From the sequence record NC_049438.1: a DNA stretch of 64,000 nucleotides; one strand, written 5' to 3'. Every line of letters begins with the position of its first letter. Within the stretch, counting starts at the first letter, position 1. Below, in pieces: positions 7,841-16,969 of the stretch. The notes beneath the pieces were generated by a model. That model was not told the origin of the DNA, ran no database searches, and saw only the letters and a program-made list of their open reading frames with translations. This DNA is from Acinetobacter phage vB_ApiM_fHyAci03. The position numbers and the translations under genes are program-made.

Positions 7841-8648
7841 TGTATACCTCGTAAAATTTTTCATCTGGAGTCCACCCTTTTTCAAATTCTTCAAAAATTC
7901 TACTATATAGGCGACTTCCACTAGTAATACCATTGAGATCTTTCCAGTATTTAATTGGATTTTCAAATGTCTCAATATTGTGTAAGTATATTTTAACATA
8001 CCAATCATAGAAAATTGGTATTGCTTTAACTATTTGTGCGTATATAGGCAAAGAATTCTTGTGATACCAAGGCCTAGCCTTCTTTTTAGCAGCGGCCGCT
8101 TTAGTGGCATTAGTAGTATTTCCTACACCCTTTAATCCTAATTCCTTTATTTTAGGATCATCGACAAATAAAGAGTATGTATTACCTTCGTCATCCTTAA
8201 AGCATGTCTTGCCTTTGATCCCAGCCATCTTTCTTCCGAAATTGACTCCCTTCCATATTGATCTATCAACAGAATCAACATCATGTATTCCAAATTCTCC
8301 AGTCTCAATATTTTTGAGCACCGTTTTATTTGTCATATATTCTTTTGACCATTCTGAAATGGCCTTTGAATGGGCCTCTCTTGCAAATGCGTAAGTCCTA
8401 GATGAGCATTTTCGATCTACTCCAGAATTGCTCATTCTACCTAGTGCAAATGCCATCTGGCTATTTCTGTGAATTTTATATAGTAGCACATGAGCTAAAT
8501 AATGTTCACGATAAGTCAAATGAACCAAATTAGATTTGTCATCAGATCCTCCCATAGAATGAGGAACAATATGGTGCCACTCTCCTTTATCAATAGAGCG
8601 ATGTCTCGCTCTATCAATTAATTCATCATATATTCGTTGATAGTTCAT
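7812..8648 (-). CDS. HNH homing endonuclease (MobA-like)
   Basis: 278 aa. HNH motif EWHHIVPHSMGGSDDKSNLVHLTYREHYLAH. Inserted between gp39 and gp60. Its start overlaps the gp39 stop as ATGA and its 3' end overlaps the gp60 start by 29 nt. Confidence 0.8.
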   Translation of the reverse strand: MNYQRIYDELIDRARHRSIDKGEWHHIVPHSMGGSDDKSNLVHLTYREHYLAHVLLYKIHRNSQMAFALGRMSNSGVDRKCSSRTYAFAREAHSKAISEWSKEYMTNKTVLKNIETGEFGIHDVDSVDRSIWKGVNFGRKMAGIKGKTCFKDDEGNTYSLFVDDPKIKELGLKGVGNTTNATKAAAAKKKARPWYHKNSLPIYAQIVKAIPIFYDWYVKIYLHNIETFENPIKYWKDLNGITSGSRLYSRIFEEFEKGWTPDEKFYEVYNEINSNRKN

Positions 8649-10177
8649 AACAAACTCTTAACTTTCATCCATTTTCCATCAACTTGGATTTCATCATTTT
8701 CATTAACGACGGTTCCATCTTCAAGAGTATACCATTTACCTTCTTCAGCATATGTTCCTGCCGGTTCTCCAATTACAAGTCCAGTGATTGCACAGATATC
8801 GAAAATTTCTTTGTTCTTGAGCATTTCTGCTGGTGTCATACCCCATGTATTCATTACTTTACCGCGTAATGGATAACCGCCATGAAGTTCACGATCACGA
8901 GTTGAAATTAAATAACCAATCGCAGAATCACCTTCTGTTAAAAATAATGTTGTCTCAACTGTGTCATCACCATATTTGTTAGCTTTAATATGTTTTGCAA
9001 CTTTTGCCTTTGCAGCTTTCTTTGCAGCACGAGTGTTTGCAGCTTTTTCAGCAGCTAATAACTTTGCAAGAACTGCTTCAATGATAGGCATCAAAATAGA
9101 TTCATTTGCAATAAGCATCCGAGCCAATTTCTTGATGTCAATATCAATATGAGCTTTCACTTCACCCCATGGAGAAGTTAATCGTTCTTTTGTTTGAGAA
9201 TCAAAACGCATATTAGACATGTTCTTAATGAATAATAACATAGTCAAGCATTCTTTGATTCGTGCTTTATTAACTTCAACTTTATGGCGTCGTTTGATTT
9301 GCGGAATCAATTCATTTGTCAATTCATCGATCACATAATCAATATGAGAACCACCAACCTTTGTGTGGATTGCATTGACAAATGACAAGTGTCTGAATCC
9401 ATCATCTGAACGTCCAATAGCTAATTGAACATTGTCCGTTTCCATGATGATTGCATCTTCATCATACATTTTAGCGTATTTTTTGAAGTTTCCAAGTACT
9501 CGAACGTTGTTGAATTTGAATTGGATGTCTGGGTAAATAACCGCTAAGATTTGTAGACGATCCTCAACAATTTGTTCGATCGTGCTATCTATACCATCAC
9601 AATCAAGCAATGAGAAATCCGGCACAAATGATACTTCAGTACCTTGTTTTCCACCTGCTTTTGTTTTCCAATCAATGTTTGACATGTTGTCTGAACATTT
9701 AACAACGATAGTGTTTTCACCATCACATGTTGTACCAATGAATTCTTTAGAGAAAATATTCGTTAATGAACTACCAACACCATTGAGGCCTGCAGTTTTA
9801 CGAGTTGCATCATCACCAAAGTTGCCTCCAGCTTTAGTTCGAGTCCAACAAGCTACAGCGCCAGGTAGTTGAGTGCCTTCTGGAGTAGTAATCATTGCCT
9901 GTGGAATACCACGACCATTGTCTTTAACTGTAATTTGATTGCCTGAAATCTTGACTTCAATTTTATTTGCAAATGCAAAATCAGTTCGAATTGCTTCATC
10001 TAATGAATTATCAATAATCTCATCAATAATTTTGACTAAAGCCGGAACATATTTAAGTGTTTGAAATTTGCCAAACAAAAACCGATCATGATTTTCTGAT
10101 GTTGTAGAACCAACATACATGCCTGGACGCTTTAACACATGTTCACGATCAGATAACATTTTAATTTCAGTGCTCAT
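8645..10177 (-). CDS. 39: DNA topoisomerase II large subunit gp39 (GyrB-like ATPase)
   Basis: 510 aa. GHKL ATPase motifs (…IIDNSLDEA…, …DNGRGIP…, …GLNGVGSS…). Corresponds to T4 gp39. Confidence 0.9.
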   Translation of the reverse strand: MSTEIKMLSDREHVLKRPGMYVGSTTSENHDRFLFGKFQTLKYVPALVKIIDEIIDNSLDEAIRTDFAFANKIEVKISGNQITVKDNGRGIPQAMITTPEGTQLPGAVACWTRTKAGGNFGDDATRKTAGLNGVGSSLTNIFSKEFIGTTCDGENTIVVKCSDNMSNIDWKTKAGGKQGTEVSFVPDFSLLDCDGIDSTIEQIVEDRLQILAVIYPDIQFKFNNVRVLGNFKKYAKMYDEDAIIMETDNVQLAIGRSDDGFRHLSFVNAIHTKVGGSHIDYVIDELTNELIPQIKRRHKVEVNKARIKECLTMLLFIKNMSNMRFDSQTKERLTSPWGEVKAHIDIDIKKLARMLIANESILMPIIEAVLAKLLAAEKAANTRAAKKAAKAKVAKHIKANKYGDDTVETTLFLTEGDSAIGYLISTRDRELHGGYPLRGKVMNTWGMTPAEMLKNKEIFDICAITGLVIGEPAGTYAEEGKWYTLEDGTVVNENDEIQVDGKWMKVKSLL

Positions 10178-10233
10178 CGCAACTCCAACGTAATTAGGTT
10201 ATTGAAAATTATAATTCAATAATGTTAAAAGCA

Positions 10234-10253
10234 AAGGGAGCATTAGCTCCCTT
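10234..10253 (-). terminator. terminator hairpin (AAGGGAGC-ATTA-GCTCCCTT) between lysozyme gene and gene 39
   Basis: 8-bp perfect stem followed by a T-rich run. Confidence 0.55.
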
Positions 10254-10256
10254 AAA

Positions 10257-10823
10257 TTATTGTTCAAAGTACTTCTTCTCAGCTTTACGTCTATTTGTTA
10301 GACCTGGAATAACTTGTAAGACACCTTTAACTCTGCCCTTATTCCATACCAAGAACTGATCTGCTGCACCTGCATAATCTTTCGCATTCAACTTCTTCAA
10401 CAATGTTGACCCAGCGAATGCGGTTTCACCAATATTGTATACTAATGAGACTAATGCATCAAATTGTGTCTGTTTTAAAGGAACAGTCACAAGTTTATTA
10501 ACAGCTCTGACGAATTTTTGGAGATCGTTCTTCATATACGCTTTAGCTTGAGCTTCAGTGCAAGTATCGCCTTTCTTAACAGCAACGCCGTTAGGGTAAC
10601 GAGTTGTCCCGTATCCGATAGTCCAAACACCCACACTATCAAGATAAGCCGAAGTTCTAAGCCCCTCAAATTGTCTGATCAAATCAACGCCAAGATCTGA
10701 AATATTTACTTCACTCGGCGCTAATGTATTGTTGATTACTTTATTAAGTTCATCGACTTGAGCTTGTGTCAATTTTCCGCCAGCTATTTCACGAGCTGCA
10801 TCAAAAAATGGCTTAACATCCAT
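10257..10823 (-). CDS. T4-lysozyme-family (GH24) muramidase with N-terminal extension
   Basis: 188 aa. …LIRQFEGLRTSAYLDSVGVWTIGYG… is a T4 gpe-like catalytic region. A roughly 45-aa N-terminal extension precedes it. Confidence 0.75.
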   Translation of the reverse strand: MDVKPFFDAAREIAGGKLTQAQVDELNKVINNTLAPSEVNISDLGVDLIRQFEGLRTSAYLDSVGVWTIGYGTTRYPNGVAVKKGDTCTEAQAKAYMKNDLQKFVRAVNKLVTVPLKQTQFDALVSLVYNIGETAFAGSTLLKKLNAKDYAGAADQFLVWNKGRVKGVLQVIPGLTNRRKAEKKYFEQ

Positions 10824-10862
10824 AATACTTTCCCATAGTTAAAGAAAGTATTTATGATATGT

Positions 10863-11306
10863 TTATGCTATAGCTGAATAAACTCCTTCAATTGCCAATC
10901 TTTGGTGTAATCGTGGAAATTGAATAATGTTGTCAGGAATAGCAGATGCAGAACTATGCGGACGAATTATCGGTATCTGAGCTTCAACCGCTACCGGTGC
11001 AATAGGTGCAAAATATTTAATGCACTCTGCTCGAATATAACACTCTTCTACACGCATGCCATTAATGCTCGCAGAGTAAACACTACCTACAGCTGAACGA
11101 TGAACACTTAGTGTTCGACTTTGGTCGCCTGAATTAAGTAGTTTCATCATTAACGAAAAATAATGTCCTGGTAATTCCACATTACCCTCTTTAGTTTTGA
11201 GATCCTCTGTTGATAGACCTTTAGAATCTATCAACAAATATTCTGCACCTGTTTCAAAACCTTTCATCGTGTTCTCCTTAAACTTCTTTGAAAATTCGAG
11301 TGCCAT
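10863..11306 (-). CDS. hypothetical protein
   Basis: 147-aa ORF. Confidence 0.4.
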   Translation of the reverse strand: MALEFSKKFKENTMKGFETGAEYLLIDSKGLSTEDLKTKEGNVELPGHYFSLMMKLLNSGDQSRTLSVHRSAVGSVYSASINGMRVEECYIRAECIKYFAPIAPVAVEAQIPIIRPHSSASAIPDNIIQFPRLHQRLAIEGVYSAIA

Positions 11307-11520
11307 TTGCAGTAATTTCTTTGATTGCTACGAAATCGATTTCGTTGTCTTTGATGACGAAAAGAACTTGATTGGTTTCAAGATGATTGTGAAAATGTTT
11401 CTCGACAACAGTTAATTCAGGGTTAGTGAGAATTGCATCAAATTCAGCTTGAGAGATAGCAGTTGTATTTGCAGGTTTAGGCATTTTATTAACTTTTGCG
11501 ATAAGAGCTTGTTTGTTCAT
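11278..11520 (-). CDS. hypothetical protein
   Basis: 80-aa ORF. Confidence 0.35.
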   Translation of the reverse strand: MNKQALIAKVNKMPKPANTTAISQAEFDAILTNPELTVVEKHFHNHLETNQVLFVIKDNEIDFVAIKEITANGTRIFKEV

Positions 11521-11556
11521 GATAATTTCCTCAATTTGATTAATGATTTGATATGA

Positions 11557-11590
11557 CTATTATAACAACAATGGCCCAAGATGTAAACAT
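11557..11590 (-). promoter_or_regulatory. early promoter (GTTTAC/TATAAT) upstream of 11278..11520
   Basis: ATTATA at 11559..11564 and GTAAAC at 11583..11588. ATGGCC…GGCCAT dyad around the -35. Confidence 0.55.
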
Positions 11591-11615
11591 CCAAGGCCAT
11601 ATATTTTTGATTTTT

Positions 11616-12275
11616 TTACACTGTAAATGGGTCGGTATCTTCAGGCGCAGGAATTTCTTCTAACTGCAATGCGTATCGCTGTGCCATTTTGAGCATGATA
11701 ACATCTTTTGCGCAGTCGTGAATTGAGTCATGATGCACAAAGCCATCAAGAATTCCTTTACGCAAAGGCGTCTTGGTCATTCCACGAACTAATGAATACG
11801 CTTCAATTGCAGTTCGAATGTCACGTTGACAATGGAATTTGATAGGCTCAAGCTTATCTGTGTCATTCGTTTTAAATGTTTGGCGAATCATATCAACAAA
11901 GATAGGAAAGTCAAAAGACATGCCTCTGCACCATCCTTGTGATTTCCATTGATTGATTCCATTCTCTTTCAAGAATGCCAAAATCTGCGTAACAGCTTCT
12001 TCAACTGTGACATCATCTGACGAAGGCAATAGATTCTTTTTAGCCTCTGGTGATTGTTCCATCCACCACTTTACAGTTGAAGGAGTAGTTGATCGTACAC
12101 CCTTTTGAGATTCAAGATTGAGTTTAAATCGTTTGCCGTTTTTGATGAGTTCATCTAAAGGCTGCATGACTTTAGGGTCTGGATCAAAAATGAGAATTGA
12201 CACATCTACTACAATACAATCAGGCTTGTTGCCTAAAGTTTCTAAGTCAATAATAAAATCGTTATACTTCGCCAT
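11616..12275 (-). CDS. dexA: exonuclease A (DexA, DnaQ-like 3'-5' exonuclease)
   Basis: 219 aa. Strong match to T4 DexA (…FIIDLET…, …KSQGWCRGMSFDFPI…, …HDSIHDCAKDVIM…). Confidence 0.85.
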   Translation of the reverse strand: MAKYNDFIIDLETLGNKPDCIVVDVSILIFDPDPKVMQPLDELIKNGKRFKLNLESQKGVRSTTPSTVKWWMEQSPEAKKNLLPSSDDVTVEEAVTQILAFLKENGINQWKSQGWCRGMSFDFPIFVDMIRQTFKTNDTDKLEPIKFHCQRDIRTAIEAYSLVRGMTKTPLRKGILDGFVHHDSIHDCAKDVIMLKMAQRYALQLEEIPAPEDTDPFTV

Positions 12276-12621
12276 TGATATACACCCAATCAGTAATTAA
12301 AGTTCTAATGTCTGCAAGAATTTGCATATCGACATCGATATGTGTTATAGATTTAGAGCAAACGTAACCAGTATGTTCGTTTGCCCAATTTGCAATATCT
12401 AAACCTGTTCTTCGTAAACGTTCAAGATGCCCTTTAATTTTGAAATGCAAGGAATCTTCTGTGATACCTTCACCATAACGATTACACAATACAGCCTGTG
12501 ATGCCACATCCTTTCTAAATGTGTATTCAGAAAATGTTTTAACATCTATTGCACTCAAACTACCGTACAATGCATTTAACATTTCTACTGGTACGCTTAA
12601 TGTTCCTTTGCTATTAGCCAT
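12262..12621 (-). CDS. hypothetical protein
   Basis: 119-aa ORF. Confidence 0.4.
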   Translation of the reverse strand: MANSKGTLSVPVEMLNALYGSLSAIDVKTFSEYTFRKDVASQAVLCNRYGEGITEDSLHFKIKGHLERLRRTGLDIANWANEHTGYVCSKSITHIDVDMQILADIRTLITDWVYINGEV

Positions 12622-12943
12622 TTTGCTTCGCCCTTATTTTCAATACATCATGCAAAATGACTACTTCATTGTAATGGCTCAATGCAGATTCAGGAACATA
12701 TACTTTAATAGGATCATCTACGATTTCATTGACCATACGAGCATTATTGATCTTTTGTGATAGCGATTTGCTAAATTGATCAACCCATTGGTGAACACGA
12801 ACACCCATGTTGATGCATTGACTGTTATAATAAGATTCGCCTTTAAGTCTAATGATTGAGTCACGGACTTCTTCAATGTAATCGAGCAGTTGGACAGCTG
12901 CTTTAACTGTTAGCGCTATATCAGGTTGCATATTAAAACTCAC
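12614..12943 (-). CDS. hypothetical protein
   Basis: 109-aa ORF. Confidence 0.4.
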   Translation of the reverse strand: MSFNMQPDIALTVKAAVQLLDYIEEVRDSIIRLKGESYYNSQCINMGVRVHQWVDQFSKSLSQKINNARMVNEIVDDPIKVYVPESALSHYNEVVILHDVLKIRAKQNG

Positions 12944-13085
12944 TGGTAAGTGGAATCCAAGTACATCAAATACAAAATCATTAATTGTTTGATTTGTTGC
13001 ACATTTGGATCATTCATTTGTTCTTGATTCAGTGATTCAAACAACTTTGAATCAAGCTCTTCACTATATTCGTCGTATGTCTTCA

Positions 13086-13328
13086 TTATACCACAGCTTT
13101 ATTAGAAGATTGATGTGCTAAAACAATAGAATTGATGTCCATTGCTAATGCAAATGGAATTGTAACCGTTGAAGTAGGTTCACAGTGCATTAATGTTGAG
13201 TGAAGATTAAAGAATGGCTGAAATGCATAAAATGTATTTCTAGCAAAATCGTTTGCGTCTAAGCCGCTATCAATAACGTGACGAATCAATTCCATCAACC
13301 TAATCAAATCTTTCGCGGTTAAATTCAT
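13086..13328 (-). CDS. hypothetical protein
   Basis: 80-aa ORF. Confidence 0.35.
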   Translation of the reverse strand: MNLTAKDLIRLMELIRHVIDSGLDANDFARNTFYAFQPFFNLHSTLMHCEPTSTVTIPFALAMDINSIVLAHQSSNKAVV

Positions 13329-13339
13329 TTTTCATTTCC

Positions 13340-14698
13340 TTAAACGAAGTAAACGTTATGTTTAGCACGAGTTGCTCCGACATAAAGGAGTTGTTGTGCT
13401 AATGCCGGATCAGCGCGATGGATACATGGCGTGAACAAAAACACATTATCTAAAGTTGAACCTTGAGATTTGTGAATAGTTCCACATGGCAACGGCTTGA
13501 CCTTATGAAACCGAGCCTTTAAATCCCACCATCCTTTCCAGTTTGGTCGTTTGTCTCTGGCATTTTTAAATTCGCTTGCAGACTTTGACATGAAATATTG
13601 GAACTTGTTAAGTTCTTGTTCATCATGAATCACTTTGATCATATCAACTGCATCTGAGTCCACACCTCGAATTTCGAGTTCCCAGACTTTAATCGAGTCT
13701 GAACCTTTAAAGCCCTTGATGAATAAGTTGACATATTTTTCACGACAGTTAATAATTCTTACTAGTTCACCATTATTGAAAATAACTTCAGTAAATGTTT
13801 TGCCTTCAAATGTATGACTTCGCATCAATGGCTCTTGCATAACTAAGACTTCATCTTTGATGTAAGGCACAGTAGTCTGATATAACTTTTTACGAATGAT
13901 GTTATTCAAATCATTTACTGATTTGTTTGTAAATGCTAACATTCGATTATCGAATAGGTCATCAGGATCTTTGACGATTTCAAAGTACTTTGTTAAAAAT
14001 GCAGCTACTGATCCACCATCTTGTCTAACCATTGAATGAACACCTTGTCCATCCACAAGATTCTCACGAATCCAACCGCCTTTACGAATTTCTGTTGCAA
14101 CTTCGATAATTGGAGCATTTGAGCGCATAACTTCAGTCAATGATACTTGTTCAAATTTGTCATTAAAGAAAAATGCAGAAAGTTCTGGTATGGTAGAGTT
14201 AGGAGCTACAGGACGGATCTGCGCTATATCACCTAAGCCGATAATTGTACACCATGGCGGAATAGATGCCATCAAAATCCGAAATAATTCGCGATCATAC
14301 ATTGAGACTTCATCGCAAATTAACACCCGACACTCTGATAGGTCTGGTGTATCTGATTGCTGAAAGACTGTAGAATCTTCATATGTGGTAGGATTAATCT
14401 TTAACAATGAATGAATTGTTGATGCTTCCATACCTGAAAGTTTTGCCAAAACTTTCTTTGCTTGGTGTGTAGGAGCTGCAAGCATTACACCCTTTTCACC
14501 ACTCGAAATCAAATGATTGATCAAAAAGCGTGTAAGTGTAGTTTTACCTGTACCTGCAGGTCCATTGATTGTAATATGTGGCTTTACTTCACATGATGAA
14601 GTCGTTGCCATCATAGATTTAGTTGAAATGACTTTGATTACTGCATCAAATGCGGCTCGTTGTCCTTCATTTAAATCTTCTAACTTCAAATCATTCAT
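13340..14698 (-). CDS. dda: Dda DNA helicase (SF1B)
   Basis: 452 aa. Walker A TINGPAGTGKTT. Long collinear match to T4 Dda (…LAAPTHQAKKVLAKLSG…, …CRVLICDEVSMYD…, …IPPWCTIIGLGD…). Confidence 0.9.
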   Translation of the reverse strand: MNDLKLEDLNEGQRAAFDAVIKVISTKSMMATTSSCEVKPHITINGPAGTGKTTLTRFLINHLISSGEKGVMLAAPTHQAKKVLAKLSGMEASTIHSLLKINPTTYEDSTVFQQSDTPDLSECRVLICDEVSMYDRELFRILMASIPPWCTIIGLGDIAQIRPVAPNSTIPELSAFFFNDKFEQVSLTEVMRSNAPIIEVATEIRKGGWIRENLVDGQGVHSMVRQDGGSVAAFLTKYFEIVKDPDDLFDNRMLAFTNKSVNDLNNIIRKKLYQTTVPYIKDEVLVMQEPLMRSHTFEGKTFTEVIFNNGELVRIINCREKYVNLFIKGFKGSDSIKVWELEIRGVDSDAVDMIKVIHDEQELNKFQYFMSKSASEFKNARDKRPNWKGWWDLKARFHKVKPLPCGTIHKSQGSTLDNVFLFTPCIHRADPALAQQLLYVGATRAKHNVYFV

Positions 14699-14739
14699 AA
14701 TCTTTAAACCATAAACATTTTCTAATATTATAAACTATG

Positions 14740-15036
14740 TCAAGCTACTTTAACTTGCTTAACAAACATAGTCTTTAATTGCCGAGTCATGAGCTCACGA
14801 GCATAAGCCGGCACTTCAGGGCGTTCAATTTCTTTGACAGTTTTGATGCCAAATAGCTTGCGTTCAGCTTTGAACTCTTTAGTTGGGTTCAAGATATTAG
14901 TGATTTTATCTGCGTATTCTCGCATGCCTAAAGTTGCAGAGCGTTCATTTGGAAATATTTTGATGACACCTAATTCTGATAGTGCTTCATCAAATCCATC
15001 TTTGTCTTTATAAAATACCGCATAGCCACTAATCAT
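14740..15036 (-). CDS. hypothetical protein
   Basis: 98-aa ORF. Confidence 0.4.
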   Translation of the reverse strand: MISGYAVFYKDKDGFDEALSELGVIKIFPNERSATLGMREYADKITNILNPTKEFKAERKLFGIKTVKEIERPEVPAYARELMTRQLKTMFVKQVKVA

Positions 15037-15398
15037 TTTGAATCTCCAAATTGCTCTACACCCTTTAATGTAACTTTGAAGTGCTCACGAATTTGTTCTT
15101 CAACTTGCTTACGACATTCAGATAAAACCATGTCTTCAATGATTGATCGCTTTGTAGTCAACCAGCCGTCATCTCTATTGATTATGCCGTTAAGGTATTG
15201 TTGGATGATTGCATTTACTTGTTTTTCGATGAATCTCTCAAGATTATATGCTGCAAACAATTTGTGTACTCGAGATTCAACTTGTTCTTTGAGAACTTCT
15301 CGATATAGTTGTAACATATCATCTTTGTTAATTCCATTGCCTGCAATGAGATTTTTGATATGACGTTTTACAGATTCAATGTTAAATTCCTCAGTCAT
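15033..15398 (-). CDS. hypothetical protein
   Basis: 121-aa ORF. Confidence 0.4.
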   Translation of the reverse strand: MTEEFNIESVKRHIKNLIAGNGINKDDMLQLYREVLKEQVESRVHKLFAAYNLERFIEKQVNAIIQQYLNGIINRDDGWLTTKRSIIEDMVLSECRKQVEEQIREHFKVTLKGVEQFGDSK

Positions 15399-15399
15399 G

Positions 15400-15864
15400 T
15401 TACTCTCCCAACATTTCGTTTACTTTGATGAATAGATCGCCAGTCTTTCCACCATTTTTATCAGGGTGAATAGCAAATCTAATTCGTTTAAGTTCTGCCA
15501 TAGAAAACTCATCTTTTCCTACAGGCTTTTGATCCCTTTTGAGAATATCTTCAAAGTTTGCCTTTGAAGTAAACTCTCTAGCTTTCAGTTTTACAACAAG
15601 CTCATATTCCTTTAGAAGCTTGTTGTAATCATCCACATTCATATTATGTTTCTTTTCTAAGCGAAGATACAGATCCTTGAGCCTATTTCTATTGTTGACT
15701 ACATCATTGTAGTCGTACACAAGCTCTTTGTACTTTCTATGAAATATCGTGTATTGGTTGTAGAAGTGCAAGAAGCCTGCATATCCACCCATCATCAACA
15801 GAAAAATTACTAAGAAGTCCATTCTAATTTCCTCAGATCTTGTTAATAAGACAATTATAACCAA
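15400..15864 (-). CDS. membrane-anchored J-domain (DnaJ-like) protein
   Basis: N-terminal TM segment (FLVIFLLMMGGYAGFL). The C-terminal region …ELKRIRFAIHPDKNGGKTGDLFIKVNEM… has the HPD tripeptide and helix II/III context of a J domain. Confidence 0.5.
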   Translation of the reverse strand: MVIIVLLTRSEEIRMDFLVIFLLMMGGYAGFLHFYNQYTIFHRKYKELVYDYNDVVNNRNRLKDLYLRLEKKHNMNVDDYNKLLKEYELVVKLKAREFTSKANFEDILKRDQKPVGKDEFSMAELKRIRFAIHPDKNGGKTGDLFIKVNEMLGE

Positions 15865-16786
15865 CTTTATGTTTAAGCAACTTATATGTTGGCGTACTTA
15901 AAGGTAATCCTAATTTGATGCGTGCTTTATCACCATCTGATAAGTTTTCAAACTTGATTAATGCAGGCTTGATGATAGTTTTGAGCCTATGCATATTGTA
16001 ATAGATTTTTTCTAATTCGTTTTTCAATCTACTGATAGCATTTTCATGATATGAAATTTCATTGGTTGCAGCTTTAAACTCGATCGGTTTAAGATTAAGT
16101 GTTTCACCATTACTTGTTGCACAATTTTTGTAGAACTTGTTCAACGCTTTAGCCGATGCAAGTAAAGCCGATTTCAGCGACTCTGCCTTTTCAGTATGCA
16201 CAGTTAAAAGTCGATTAATCTTTTTAGCTTTAGCTTTTCCTACAGGTTGTCCATTTTTTGCGATCAATGTAGCTTCAGTTTCTCTAATTAATGCAATACG
16301 ACGTTCATACGAAGCTTTAGTGTTTTCATGAACTTCTAATAACTTTTTCCAGCGTGGCAGATGCTTAGGATGAATCTTAGGCTTATTGTACTCTTTGTTC
16401 ACTGCATCTTTGAGTGCATTAGCCGCAGTAATAGTACCTATTGCAATAGAATGAAATGTTACTTCTGCTTCTTTGGTGATAGCCATTGAATTCAATTCAT
16501 TAATACGAGCATCGATTGTATCAGAAGTTAGATCACTGCGTAAAGTGTTTAATTCACGTCGTACCGGAATAACATTACCGTCAATATAGCCAATGGTATT
16601 ATCAATACGTTCTAATGACATAGACGCGGTTTCATTTTCTTCAAAAGGCATACCGGAATATGCGCATAGTGTTTGATGTTTAATATTAGCAAATGTAGAC
16701 AATGACATATCAAATTTGATACCACGTAATTTAGCATTCTTAGCTTTGTTTACGAAACATTCCGCAATTTTGATGTTAGAGATCAT
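15833..16786 (-). CDS. hypothetical protein (possible degenerate HNH-like segment near N-terminus)
   Basis: 317 aa. CAYSGMPF…LERIDNTIGYIDGNVIPV… weakly recalls an HNH core but lacks the conserved His. The rest is coiled-coil rich. Confidence 0.35.
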   Translation of the reverse strand: MISNIKIAECFVNKAKNAKLRGIKFDMSLSTFANIKHQTLCAYSGMPFEENETASMSLERIDNTIGYIDGNVIPVRRELNTLRSDLTSDTIDARINELNSMAITKEAEVTFHSIAIGTITAANALKDAVNKEYNKPKIHPKHLPRWKKLLEVHENTKASYERRIALIRETEATLIAKNGQPVGKAKAKKINRLLTVHTEKAESLKSALLASAKALNKFYKNCATSNGETLNLKPIEFKAATNEISYHENAISRLKNELEKIYYNMHRLKTIIKPALIKFENLSDGDKARIKLGLPLSTPTYKLLKHKVGYNCLINKI

Positions 16787-16905
16787 TTCGATGCTCCTTT
16801 TGTCATTGATGAACGTTCACAAAGATAGATAATTGCAAGAGTAGCAAAGAATGCCAAAATAAAAATTGAAAATGTCATATTAATTTACTCATTTAGTTGA
16901 TATGG

Positions 16906-16938
16906 CTATAGTATCAAACTATGTCTTAGATGTAAATA
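16906..16938 (-). promoter_or_regulatory. sigma70/early-type promoter (TTTACA, 17 nt, TACTAT)
   Basis: Plus strand shows ATAGTA at 16908..16913 and TGTAAA at 16931..16936. Confidence 0.5.
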
Positions 16939-16969
16939 GCCTGTGTGATTAAATTTTGATCATGTAAAT

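Noticed and set aside
16787-16876. 31-codon hydrophobic mini-ORF (MTFSIFILAFFATLAIIYLCERSSMTKGASK) between the promoter at 16906..16938 and the 317-aa gene
   Set aside because: It is very short and overlaps the downstream start. It might be a leader peptide, but there is nothing to support it beyond the open frame.
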